From the NCBI GenBank assembly GCA_964016885.1, contig OZ024742.1, positions 124,992,001-125,056,000 of the forward strand: a stretch of DNA of 64,000 nucleotides, in the 5' to 3' direction. The notes under the pieces were generated by a model that saw nothing but the letters and a program-made list of their open reading frames with translations, ran no database searches and was not told the DNA's origin. This document shows, piece by piece, positions 1 through 14,414 of the stretch. Made by a program: the position numbers and the translations under genes. The stretch comes from Eledone cirrhosa. Lineage: Eukaryota. Numbering within the stretch: position 1 is the first letter of the stretch; every line of letters starts with the position of its first letter.

Positions 1-3000
1 ATATTGTTAAGAAAAAGTTACTAACTGATATAGAAATTGATCAGATCAAGCTATTAGCGCAAAGTCAGAGAAGGGAAAATGAAACATGTGTCACTGAAAA
101 CAAATAAATTGTAACACTTTTAATCCCAGGGTTGGGGCGGAATCACTGAGAGCAGAACAAATTAAAGAAAGGATCGTAAAAGTGGAAGGAGTGCATGCTG
201 AAGATGAAACTGAAAATGAAAACAATGAGATCGTCAATGATAACGAAATGAATGAGAATGAAGACGCCAACTTGAAGAATGAAATTATGATCGAATGGAT
301 GAAAATGGAAGAATCAGACATGGGTGAATGAGATACTCTCCCTAAGATCCAGAACTCCCAACAAAACCAAAGGATAATACAAAAGACTAACATAACTCTC
401 AAAAACATTATCATCACACATAAACTAAACATTACTGATCTAAATCATCTCTATTATGCATCGGTTAAAGTCACCATTCACTTATGAATTCCCACAAGAA
501 ATCTACTTGGCAAGATAACATCAATCGCCAAATAAACCTTCTACGATCTGACAGAAATTTTAGCAAACTACAAAGTAGGTGAACATGTTAAACAAACTAA
601 ACTTAGAAAATTGAAAAGAAAATACAGTATAAAATCAACAAGTGACATAGAAATGCTGATAGTAACAATCAAGCAAAAAGTGTCGGCCAAAGCTACTCGT
701 ATAAGGCGCTTTGAAAAACGATCTAGATTCTATAAGGACAATAATATGTTCAAAAACAATCAACGACACTTCTACAGACAAATTGGCAAGTCAACAATAA
801 CTGCTAAATCAATACCATCCAAAGAGGAAGTGCAAGAATTCTGGGAAAAGTTCTGCGCCGAAGAAAAATTTCATAATATGCATGCCCCATGGATAGACAG
901 ACAAATGAAAGATACAGCTCACATTGAGGAACAAATATGGAAAAATATAACAGTTGAACATCTGCGTTTAGCTCTTAGAAAATCCAGCAAATGGAAATCC
1001 CCAGGGAAGACAAAATACAAAATGTTTGGAGAAATACCTTCACAGAGTCTCATGAGCTGTTAGCCCAACTTTACAATGAAATGGTTAAGGAGATAGAAAA
1101 GATACCATCACGGCATTACATTCCTACTTCTGAAGAATGATGAGACAAACAATCCCAAAAATTACAGACCGATAACTTGCTTGACCACAATGTATAAAGT
1201 GTTAACATCAGTCTTAACTGAATATACATATGATCACCTGATAGCAAATGATCTATTTCCCAATGAGCAGGAAGGGTGTAAACGAGGCTCATATGGCTGT
1301 AAGGATCAGCTTTTAGTTAACAAAATGATACTGGAAGATTATCATAATAGAAACAAAATCTTTCAATTGCTTGGATAGCTTACAAAAAAGTATTCGATAG
1401 TTGCCACACAGTTGGATTTAAAAGTGTTTAGAGATTTTCAAAATATCTCCCGTTCTCAGGAGGTCCCTGTCATTCAGTATGAAGACATGGAAAACGACAC
1501 TCCTTTTGAATAGTGAAAAAAAATCGCTGGAAGCTGGAGAACTTAATGTTAATTGTGGAATATTTCAGAGTAACTCTTTATCACCGTTTAAGTAAAATGC
1601 TCAATGAAACACGGATATTAAGTCTATGACAAAACCATTAATCACTTGTTCTACATGGATGACCTGAAACTATTTGCAAAAAATAATGAGCAATTGCAAG
1701 GGCTATTATCCACTGTGAAGCAGTTCAGTGATGATATTAAAATGGAGTTTGTACTAGATAAATGTGCCATAGCCACGTTCACCAGAGGAAAGCTGCTGAG
1801 AAGTTCAGACATTAATCTTGATCCGGGGAACGTGATAAGAGAAACCTACAAATATGAGGTGTTTGTGAAGGAGACGGAATCAAGCACTCGACAATGAGGG
1901 AAAGGATAAGGAAGGAATGTTACCGCAGAGTAAGAGCAATCTTAAGAACCGAGTGGAATGCAAGGAATAGGATTGATGCCATAAACACGCTTGCCATACC
2001 AGTAGTAACCTACAGTTTCAATGCCATCAACTGGCTCGATACAAAAATTAGAAAATTCTTAAACATGCACAGAATGCTTCACCCTATGGCAGATACAGAT
2101 AGAATATATCTCCCTAGGAAAGAAGGAGAACTTGGATTAATCCAGTTAGATATTGCGTTGAAAACTGCAACAATTGGATTATCTACATATCTAAGGGAAT
2201 CGCATGATTGGATGATCAAACTCGTTTTGAAACATGAAAGCATCAAAAGATCATACTCCATTACAAAAGATGCACAAAGATACAGTAATGAACTACAAAT
2301 TTCAGAAGTTCCATTTACTGCTGAAATGAAAAACACAGAAAAAGCAAAGTAGGTAAAAGTAACTGCAAAGAAAGAACTGCTACAGAAACTGGCTAAGAAA
2401 TGGCAAGAAAAGCCTCTGTATGGAAAATACCCAGTAAGAGTTAACAATCCTGATGTTGACAAAACTTGAACCCATCAGTGGTAGTCATCCTCTGGACTGA
2501 AATCGGAGACTGAAGGACTGATTATATCAGCACAAGATCATTGTCTGCCAACAAACAATTGTCAATCCAACATCATAAAAAATGGATGCAACCCATTATA
2601 CCGTGTATGTAAAAAACAACCAGAGACCATTGATCATATAATTTCAATGTGCAGTCCTATAGCTCCAACCGAATACCTAAACAGGCACGACAGAGCGGCA
2701 CAATATATACATGGGTTAATTTGTAAGCATTTTGACCTGCCCCATCAAAAGAATTGGTGGGACCATCAACCACCTCCCATACTTGAGAAAGGTCACATCT
2801 CAATTTTGTGGAACTTCAGCATCCAAACAGACCGAAAAATAGATGCAAATAGACCTGATATAATACTGAAGGACTTTGAAAACAGGGTATGCCTGCTAAT
2901 TGACATGTCCGTTCCTATAGACAAGAATGTATCTATAAAGACATTTGAAAAATTGAGCATGTATAAAGACGTATAGATAGATATTGGAAAAATGTGGAAG

Positions 3001-3313
3001 TTGAGAACTAAAACAATACCAGTGGTTGTAGGAGCTCTGGGAATGATTACTAAGTGGTTAATGATTACTTATCCCAAATCCCAGGAAACCCACGTATAGA
3101 AGAAATACAAAAGATAGTACTAATGGGAACTGCCCAAATACTAAGGAAGATTCTGTCAATATAAATACATCACAAGTCAATATAAATACATGTATGTGTG
3201 CTTTCTCGAACATGGCGGACCTTGTTGTCTCTTGAGGTCACTGGTTGTGACTTGGTGATAACTCGTATGAACATAAAGCAACATAAATAAAAAAAAAACA
3301 AAAATAATAATAA
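1..3313 (+). mobile_element. Decayed non-LTR retrotransposon with restriction-like endonuclease (R4/Dong-like); 5' end lies outside the window
   Basis: Frameshifted ORF pieces: WKSPG (611-1063), NYRPITCL/EQEGCKRGSYGCKDQL, RT motif FYMDDLKLF (1646), NRIDAINTLAIPVVTYSF, zinc-knuckle remnant, RHD and RLE motif ANRPDIILKD..LIDMSVP (2647-2976). Ends in an A-rich tail followed by (TAA)3. Confidence 0.9.
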
Positions 3314-6195
3314 TGGAATATGATTTAAGTACAAGGCCAGCTACTTCTGGAGAGGGGAAATCGATTAAATCTGTGATACCACATAGTGAAAGCAAACCCG
3401 TAAACACATAGATACGCATTTAATATCTTAACCTCATAGTCATGCCAACACTTTATGTTTTAATTCATATATTTAATTATTTGTTTATTAAAACATTATA
3501 TATTCATATAATATTTATTGAGAGCTGAAAGAATGTAAAATTATCCAATCCATTAAGAATTTAACTACACAGTGATGTTAAAGTCCACGATATATTTATT
3601 TATGTATTTATTTATGTTTCTATCATTTATTTTATTGTGGTCCGATGAAATAAAATTTGAAGTGTACAAGAAACCAAATGTAACTAATAAACTATTGGAA
3701 TCATGATTATTTCTCCTTCTACCAATTTTTCTCCTCTGCCATTACAATACGTTATAAAATATATTCCACGTGATGTGTGAGTCTGTAATCTTTATAATAA
3801 GCTTGTTATACGACCACGGAAGGACGACAAGATAAATCCAGTTCAGTGTCACATGTTTCTGAAAAATTGATTTTCACTCATATTTTCCTTACGTTTCGTA
3901 TCTACATAAAAGCGTTTTCCTCCACCTCGTATGTCTGAAAGAGCTGTAATTCAGCACCAAATAAAGACAGGAACAGGGCACGCACCGTACCCTAGCATGC
4001 GGATGAAACAGTTCTTAAAATTTCCATATTGGTGTTATGTAGAGGATTTGTGGCGGGAATTTGTGACGACAACGTCGAGGAAACAGTGAGCTTGACGAAA
4101 ATCAAATGGCTGGTCTATACCAAATTAGATTCAGCCCATCGTATATTTCCAAAACTCCCTCAGCTGTCAGTGATACTGAGGGTTTGTTAGTGGTTCGAGG
4201 TGCAGGCGTGATAATGCGTCTATCGTGTCTGTTACCGAAGCTCACAGGTCAATGATTCCATCCTGCACGCATTTGTCTAGTGCCCATGCTGTGCTCGCTT
4301 GTGGTGTTGTGTTGAACAGCTGCTCCCATGCGTAGGGCGGATCCGGCTATCAAAGGAGACTTTTGTGAAGATTGCCTCACTGCCTCACCTCGGCCAGAAA
4401 GAGCAAACCGTTTCCATCTGCCTGGACCCATGGAGAAACAGGTAAAACAAGACGGACATGGCTAGAGAATCTTGAGGAAAAAAAGAAGGACGAAAGGGAA
4501 GTGTGTTAAAGGGGGATATAAGTGTGGAATATTGTCCACGTGAACGGATCTGGTCATGTACGTGTAGTTTAAATGAGGAGATCTGGGAGAGGGTCTTTGT
4601 CACAGTGACCAGGGTTATTATTATTTTGATGGTTCCACTAGTAGCCTTCAGATGTTTCATCCCTTTCGGGGATTGCTTTCTTTGTTTGACGCTTCTTTAT
4701 TACACTTTCTATTTTTGTTAGGAGGAAATTGTTTGGTGGTCCATTGGAAAGACAGCACTTAGTCTCAAATTGATGTCCTAATCCGCAGCTTCACGTAGTG
4801 CCACATTTACCATTTAAAGGCATTTAAAGTAGTTCACACTTTTTCACTCAATTGTACCATATTTGCAGGCTGCAGATAATTTCCCCCATTTTACAATTAG
4901 TTACGGACATAGTGAGGAATGTAATTGGTTCTGTCCTTTGCACTCTGACTAAATTACGAAAAAATAATATTACACAAAATTATGTCGTTAAGACCTACTC
5001 TTCATTTAAGTGAATACAATTCCTTTTTGGAATATGATTCATTTTGCCTTTATTAAAAATCCTTATAAATTCTATTAAAATATGTGATGAATAATTAATT
5101 TAAAATATCGGCGTATTTTTCCTTACGAAGATATATGCTGCAGGATAGATTCAACGCTTCACTTTCGGCTTTAAGCTGAGTTAGATAGATTCAGGATGTT
5201 CAATTGTAGGGATACATTCATGATTTATCAAGGGTGCCTGACATATTCACCATGCATCTAATAATACGTCATTCTGCATGGAGTGATTGATCGATCGTCA
5301 CATTAAATTCAGTAGTTTTAGCGTGTTTATCTTTTTTTTATAGAAAACTGCTTTCAATTATCTTCTTTCTTTTACATATATAAAATTTTCTGCCACACCT
5401 TTTCCTCGATTATTTCAGCATAATCACATTTTTTTTCTTATCGAGTTAGGAGGAATGCTTCATTTAATGATCTTTAACAATTGAAACTCATAATCAATTT
5501 TTTCAAGATTCTGTATCTTTCGTTATTTTTTCTAATTTAATATTTACTGAGAATTTCACTTTTATGTTTATATTTTTATTTTGTTAACAATTCCGTATTG
5601 CGAAGAGAAATCCACAGAAACGCTGCAGGCTATCAAATGGCAACCATCTTTAGACACTTTAGTGAAATAGATTTTTCATCAAACGAAATGAAAGTAAGAC
5701 GACGGGAGATAAATCGGTCATGCGATTTCTGTAAAGTGAAATTAGTAAAACAGATAGCAAATGTACAAACGAAGAATGAATGGAATAAATATCTTGTCCG
5801 CTTTTCAAATACAATATAACCAGACACATTACAGTTCACAGAGAATTTAATTAGTTTCTCGTTCGTTTTGAAGAATAGAAATTTGAAAAATTTTGTCAAG
5901 AATCTGGGAATGCAATTAATATATTACTTCATTAAATGATATAATTAACGATTCTTGAAATAAAATTCTAACAAATTAATATTTTTTCATTCTCCACATA
6001 CATTTCATTGTCATTCACTCCAGATATATTCAAGCATACGTGTCCATTGATCTAAATTGCTCTGTCGTTTTCATTCCATTACTCTCTTCCGTTCACTCTC
6101 TCTCGCTCTCTCCACACACACACACAAAGATATATATATATATATATATATGTACATGTGTGCAAGTGTAAATATACATGTGTGTGTATGCATAC

Positions 6196-6231
<36 letters not shown>

Positions 6232-6581
6232 ATGTGTGTATTTGTGTATATGTGTGCGTAAGTAAGTAAGTCACTAGGGCCTTCCTATGACTGCATCGGG
6301 ATTTAAATGTCAGTATTTCCTTCTCGGGTAAGGCAAGATACGCGAACCTGTTAGCTATTAGTGTATCAACTTTATGTAGGTCTGTATTGAAATCCGTTTC
6401 CCTCGGTAATGATGGTGAGTACGATACTTCCTTCCACAAAATAATCAGATATTTAACCCCTTCTGCTGCAGATACTTGTTTTCGGGTGAGTGGACTGGAG
6501 CAACGTGAAATGATATATATTGATGAAGAAAACAACGTTTCACTCAAAAGTCAAAACCTCACACACACGCACACATATATA

Positions 6582-6640
<59 letters not shown>

Positions 6641-6666
6641 ATATATATGTATATATATATGTATAC

Positions 6667-6748
<82 letters not shown>

Positions 6749-6749
6749 G

Positions 6750-6850
<101 letters not shown>

Positions 6851-7575
6851 GTGAGGTTTCTTTTACAAAATGAAAAAAAAAACGAGATGTCCTACACGAG
6901 TGAAAGTATAAGGAAAACAGATGAAATCGAAAATGCAACTGGAGTCTTTTTAAAAAATATATATATTTATTTAGTTCCTTTACCGGTTTCGCAGTTTGTG
7001 GTTTTTCCCACATCTGCGAGTGTTTGTGACAATTACATAGTAAAAGAACCACTCTAGTCTATTGATGTAAATATACAGTTGCAGAACAATTATATTCAGA
7101 TTTCCATTCTCAGTGCGCCTCTCTCTCTATATATATATATATATGTGTGTGTGAGTGTGTGTGTATGTGTGTGCGTGTGTGTGTGTGTTATTTATTTCCG
7201 TAGAAAAGGTAAATGAAAAAATGTGCTCTATTTAATCTACAGAGCTTTTTAATTACACAATAAAGAACACAATACAATTATTTAATTACCAAAAGTTTCG
7301 AGAAACTAGATGATTCATACAGAATCATCTACCTTGTTCGTCGGACAAAATACTTATGTTTTGGAAATAAATTTTGAAAATAATATCTATTACAAATTAA
7401 AGTGAGGCAGAGTTAAAATAATATCTCATAACGAAAAAATACACATACACATACAAATATACATACATACACACACACATAAACCTACATGCGCGCCTCT
7501 ATACGTGCATCTATATACATTTTTTCCTAGATATATGTGCATCTATGTACACTCTTACATAAAATTATATATATA

Positions 7576-7609
<34 letters not shown>

Positions 7610-8245
7610 CACAAGTTGAAGTTTAGTAAAATCGAAGCTTTGGCTGTGGCAAAGCAAAGTCGACCTACAATAGGAATGAGTTAGCAAAGCACTCAATAAA
7701 AGTACTCCTTAGAGTAATAACATACGTTGAAATAGCTTGAGAAATTGAACATTGCGGTAGGCAATACCAAAGTAACGAAGGAACTAACAGGTTAAAATAC
7801 AGACCTGGACAAATCAAACGATAAAGGTCTGAGGTGTTTCCATGAATCCGAAATCATTTATCCAACTTACGTAACACGCAAGCTTGTGGTATTCCATGAT
7901 CGAACAGAGGATTCATTTCATCAATAGGGATTCCGTTCTGCCTCAAACTGGTGTGAACAAATGCGACAGCTACAGAAGGCATCCTTCGAACATGTCGTTG
8001 TCACGTGTTATTTCCAACAAGGGATGCAACCTTCGGTTTTCGCAGGGGTAAATTCAAAGTGTTAACAAGGAAAATATTATAATTTCCGCTAACATTCCGA
8101 ATAAAACCTCTTAACCAGATGTTATTAAACAAACACAAATAATTAACCAATCAACAGAATTGTCTATTTAAATAAATTAGTTAATTATTAAATCTAGGAG
8201 AAATAATACAAGTGGAAGCTTAGTAAAATCGAAGCTTTGGCCACA

Positions 8246-8622
8246 GAGCGATGTATTGGCAGTATTGGTAGAGAGTCGGACGCCATGCTTTGACGTATAG
8301 AGTTACGTCCCTTGCCATTCTGAGTTCAAATCCCGCCAAGGTTAACTTTCCCTTTCATCTTTACGGCGTCGATAAAATAAAGTACCAGTAATGCACTGGG
8401 ATAATTGCTGGCCTTGTGCCTAAAGTAGAAACAGTTATTAAGGGCGGTGATTTGGCAGTATCGGTAGAGGGTTGGACGCCATGGTTTCTAGCATAGTTAC
8501 GTCCCTTTACAGTCTGACTTCAAATCCCGCCGAGGTTAACTTTGCCCTTCATCTTTACGGGGTCGATAAAATAAAGTACCAGTAATGTACTGGCCTTGTG
8601 CCAAAAGTAGAAACAATTATTA
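8246..8622 (+). mobile_element. Two tandem copies of a tRNA-derived SINE
   Basis: A-box-like TGGCAGTATCGGTAG, B-box-like GTTCAAATCC, shared body CCGCCGAGGTTAACTTTGCC..TCATC..GTCGATAAAATAAAGTACCAG and tail GTAGAAACA(A/G)TTATTA; same family recurs across the window. Confidence 0.85.
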
Positions 8623-9329
8623 AATGAATTCAATAACGTTGATCACAGCTAGATTTTACAGGTAATTATATATAAAACGTTGACGAAACTGATGTTTTCT
8701 TCCGTCGGCAACCAATGTTGCTATGGCGTTTCTGTTTACTGATTAAAATTATAATTATACATTGATTAAGACTTGAATGACTTAATCTATAGTGAATTAG
8801 CTTTATGTTTAATAAATCACAAAATGAAAGTTTAATTATGAGCCAATTTTACATAAGACCGAACACTAATTCCATGATTGCAAAACCACCGAAAGATTAT
8901 AAAAACACCATATTCTGATATTCAAATTCATCTTTCACAATTTCACAATTGAAGAAAGATTTATATGGTTGGTTGATAGTGAGTATGAACCAAACGTTAC
9001 TGATATAGAAATTAAATGGCTATCATTAAAAAATAATACTCTTTTAAGATCATTATTCAGAGAATAAAAGGAATTTTGAATTATATAATAAATTACGTCC
9101 ATTTAATTAAAGAAACATGCGCAGAATATACAACCCTTTATCCTAAAAAGACCATAAGAATATGTTCCTTCAATGTATCATTCCACATTTAATTGTTAAG
9201 CTCTGTGTTATATGTCATTTGTACATCATCAATTCAATATATGTGTGTGAAATTACTTCTTGATAGTATGTGCCATGATTTCGCCAATCGAATAAGGTAT
9301 ACACGCAACATCATATTCATGTTCCCACA

Positions 9330-9700
9330 ACTGGTGCAGCCAGTCCATGAAGTGCCAGTCTAGACGCTTTTGCAGTCAGTCGTCGCCATTTGTCTTTATT
9401 CTCCGTAATGCGTAAAAGGGTATCGGTGTTGTGACCAGTCCAGTCTATGATGTTGTCGGACCTGGAATTTCTCCACTCTCCATCGACTGTGACCTGACGG
9501 CTAATTTAGGACACAGGGTTTTGGCGGATGTATGACCATTTCCGACACCTTTCCGTCTTTTGACCTTCACAATTTGTGGTTACTGCCTGCCAGTATATTT
9601 GTTTATTTGCTGCCTGACAATGCCATTTGTTTTGTGCTCATGTACTGGATGTCTAGCAGCCTTCTGAAGCACTTGTGTATTTTCGATCAATATCCACTGT
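9330..9700 (-). pseudogene. RTE-like LINE 3' fragment
   Basis: Minus-strand translation gives CFRRLLDI and SDNIIDWTG..LLRITENKDKWRRL, typical of the RTE C-terminus; interrupted. Confidence 0.6.
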
Positions 9701-11280
9701 GGGAGTCCACCTCTTAGATTCCTACATGCAGGCGTGACGAAATAAATATGCCATCGTGATAACTCACCTTCGATCCAGTTAGTGACAGTCAGTGATAGAC
9801 AAAACGAAAGAAAACTACGTTAACACTGAGCTGATAGTTTCTTTATCAACCCCGAAACTATGTGGAGAAAATTCGGATTTTGTAGGATTTGAGCTCATGA
9901 ATAGCCTGATACGGAGGTTGTCCGTTGTAGTAATATCATCGCTTTTCGGGCCACCACCCTATCAATTTTCTTTCTTTATATTTCGCTGTAATCCAGCTCA
10001 GATTTCCAAACTAAAGATGTTATGGTCATTAAATCTGATGACGTAAGATGGCCATTGAAATTCCTATTGTGTAATTGAGCAACATTAAAGGAAGATATTG
10101 GAATCCAACCTTGTATTTCCATTGAAGTTTATATATTTGTACAAAGATAAAGGGAGTACAGCTGATGATAGGAATATCAAAGTTGAATGTATGGAAAGGG
10201 CCTACAAAAAGTGAGATTTCGTATCTGATTGCAATTTAACCAGTTGCCATATATTTCCTACGAGTGTATACAATCTATACTCATCGATTATTGTCTCACG
10301 TATAATATTTCAGAGATACATGAAGAATAGCGGCACAGAGATATTGTAAACTGTCACAATTTCTTGTCAGCCCATCTCTTAGGGAAACGTTCTTGACAAT
10401 GTATCTAACAATACGCATATTTAATTTGGTGCCAGGTTATTTCTGATCGAAGAAACTTACACTTACGACGTTACTTCTTTCGTATATCAGGGTCTATGTT
10501 GCTATGTTAAATACATCCAGCAGCATTTAAAACTTTAGCATTTAATTTGAGTGCGTAATGTCTGCAATTTGAAGCAGGTTTACAATACCATTCTTTTGAA
10601 GATTCTTCATTCAAATTTTACTTATTTCATCTTTAAACTTGGTCATTACATACAGTGAAAGGGGAATGTATATTAGCACCTAATTCAAAAATGCAATGTA
10701 AGAAATGTACGATAGAGAATTATGAAACGACTGTAATATCTAGTCTAAAATTGTCTGTTACATTAGTATATGTTTACTTCAAGTACCTAGGAGGGATGTG
10801 ACGATATTTATGTTATAACAACTTTATTCAGTTTTGCCAGATCAAACCGATTTTAAAAGCTTGTACATATAACAAGATAAGTACGCAAGCCCCCACGCCA
10901 ACGAATGATTACATCCGACATCAAATAAAACATATGGCCTTAGATGTGTTTCTCCTAGGCTGAGCCTTTGTTGACGAGCTGGGGTTTCCTTCAATGTGAG
11001 ATAATTTTAAAGTCAACTTCCACCTCGTATGCATAACGCCTGGGACATTTTAATGATGTATCTAGTTCTGATTAAGATATTGAAGTGTAAAAGTCCATAG
11101 GTGTGATCCAGGCATTATATATCTTCGTAACTAAACTAAACTTCGCGAAATATATACAGTATATACCATAATATTATTTTGATTTCTTTCTAATAATATA
11201 TGAGAAATAATATATGTCTATAAACGTGTTTGCGGGTGTAACCATGTATGTGTGCATCAATAAATGTGCGGTTGTTTATG

Positions 11281-12637
<1,357 letters not shown>

Positions 12638-12685
12638 ATTGAGGCTGTAAAAACAAGTTAGACCATTACTCACTAGAGTACTCGA

Positions 12686-12802
12686 ATATGAAAAATTTGG
12701 GACCCCTACGGCAGAGCTCAGGCAGTTTCAACAGCTAGATCAGTTCGGATCTAGCTGTTGAAACAGCCGGAGCTCAGCCGTCGGCGTCCGAATTTTTCAT
12801 AT
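12686..12802. repeat. Imperfect ~117 bp palindrome (MITE-like or fold-back)
   Basis: ATATGAAAAATT...GTTTCAACAGCTAGATC-agttcg-GATCTAGCTGTTGAAAC...AATTTTTCATAT. Confidence 0.8.
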
Positions 12803-12900
12803 GTATATATGTTTGCATGAGTATGTGTATGAGTGTTAGTATGTGTGAGTGTGTGTGAGTGTGTGTGTGTGTGTGTATGTGCGTGTGTGTAAGTGTGTTA

Positions 12901-14414
12901 ACGGGACTATTTGTAGCAACATGACCTGACCTTCAGTCGGTGGTTCCTGCCCTGGAGGGAATCGGCCTCCAGGTCAACTCGGCCAGGTCGGAGGTGGTGA
13001 ATGTCAGCCTCGATGCTGCGAGCTTTGCAGCCTCTGTCTTGGACGTGCGGTCCATTCTCCGCCAGGTCCAGGTGACACCCAAAGAGGATGTCCTCATCCT
13101 GGGGTCATCGATCCACCCGCCGGCCATCCGCTCCACCATCAGGTCCAGGCTTCAACAGCTCCGGACTCTCACGAGCCTACTGAGCTTGAATGGCGGCCAC
13201 ACAGCGCTCTTTCCGCTGAGGAACTGCTTCGCCATGCTGAAGCTCCTCTATACACTCCGCAGTGCCTCGTGCTACACCCAGACATCTCTCCTCGCTGATC
13301 TCGATACTTGTATCCGAGCAGCAGCCGAGAAGATATGCAACGTCAAGTTTGACGACCTAGGGTGGCAATAGGCCACTTTACTTGTCAGGTATGGCGGCTT
13401 TGAACCTCCGGTCACCGATCTCACTCGCTTTACCGGCGTATCTTTCGTCGGCAACCTCGTGCCGCGTCCTCGTCAGCAGGATTCTTCAAAACACAACAGA
13501 ACCCTCTGAGTTCAGAGAACATGAGCCCGCCTGTGAGACGTAAGGCCGGCTGGGACTTAGCCCAGTAGACGTCCCTCCTCCTTCTACCCCTGTTGACGTT
13601 AAATCCGCCCAACGCACTTGGGATGCCATCCAGTGCAGCCTGGCATCAGACAGGCTCACGCGCCAGCTCGACCAGCACCGCCGTGCTTGTTTTCATGCGG
13701 CCTCCAAATCCCACAGTGGTGCCTGGCTCCACGCCCTCTCCTCCTTCTAGACAACCATAGCCTGTGTATCGGCGTTTCCCTGAGGCTCGACCTCCGGATC
13801 TGCCAGCAACACCAATGTCGCTGCGGTTCCACCCGCTTTCATGTCGCCACGATGCCAGCCGTATTCCACGTCATGCTTCCCTCAACGAGGTCATTAAGCA
13901 TGGTTTGGACGCTGCAGGCTTCACTGCCCAGCTCAATCCGGTGGGGCTGGATCGAGGGGAGGGAAAAAGGCCAGATGGCATGACCATCTTCCCATTTCGC
14001 GGTGGCAATCCCCTCGTCTGGGATTCCACTTGGACCGACACTTTCTGCAGCCGTAGCCTGGTGCAGACTGCGACTGACCCAGGTTCCGCTGCACGTCGGG
14101 CTGAGGGGACCAAACACCTCAAATACCCGTCGCTCTCAGACAGGTTTGCGGTCGTACCCCTGGCAGTGGAGACTTCTGGTGTCCTTGGCCCCAGGGCTAC
14201 CTCCTTACTCACCACCATAGGCGCTGGCTGGCCAGCCGCTGGTGTGAGCCCCGCGAGTTGGAGTGGCTTTTCGAGGGCGTCTGCCTTGCCGTCCTCCAGG
14301 GAAACGCCTTCTCCATTCTGTCCGCCGGGGTTGTAGGTGGGCCCCATCGCGTACCGTTGTAGTTGTTGTATACAGATATTAACTCATCAATAACGCTTAT
14401 ATCGATAAAAAAAA
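12901..14414 (+). mobile_element. 5'-truncated CRE-like non-LTR retrotransposon (RT C-terminus, Zn knuckle, RLE), frameshifted
   Basis: IGLQVNSARSEV, KLLYTLR, CRCG..HPLSC..RH, KRPDGMTIFPF..LVWD, PLAVETSG; GC-rich relative to flanks; ends in a short A-run. Confidence 0.85.

Noticed and set aside
3700-4950. Moderately GC-rich stretch with short ORFs (4249-4721)
   Set aside because: No recognisable domain in the frames I translated; probably an old repeat, but unsupported.
6975-7120. Minus-strand CUGAGAA...GAAAccggUA, and similar remnants at ~26075-26225, ~50410 and ~51850
   Set aside because: Core or stem I defective; cannot be distinguished from chance without a family consensus.
8246-8340. 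tRNA gene
   Set aside because: A/B boxes present but no cloverleaf; it is the head of a multicopy SINE.
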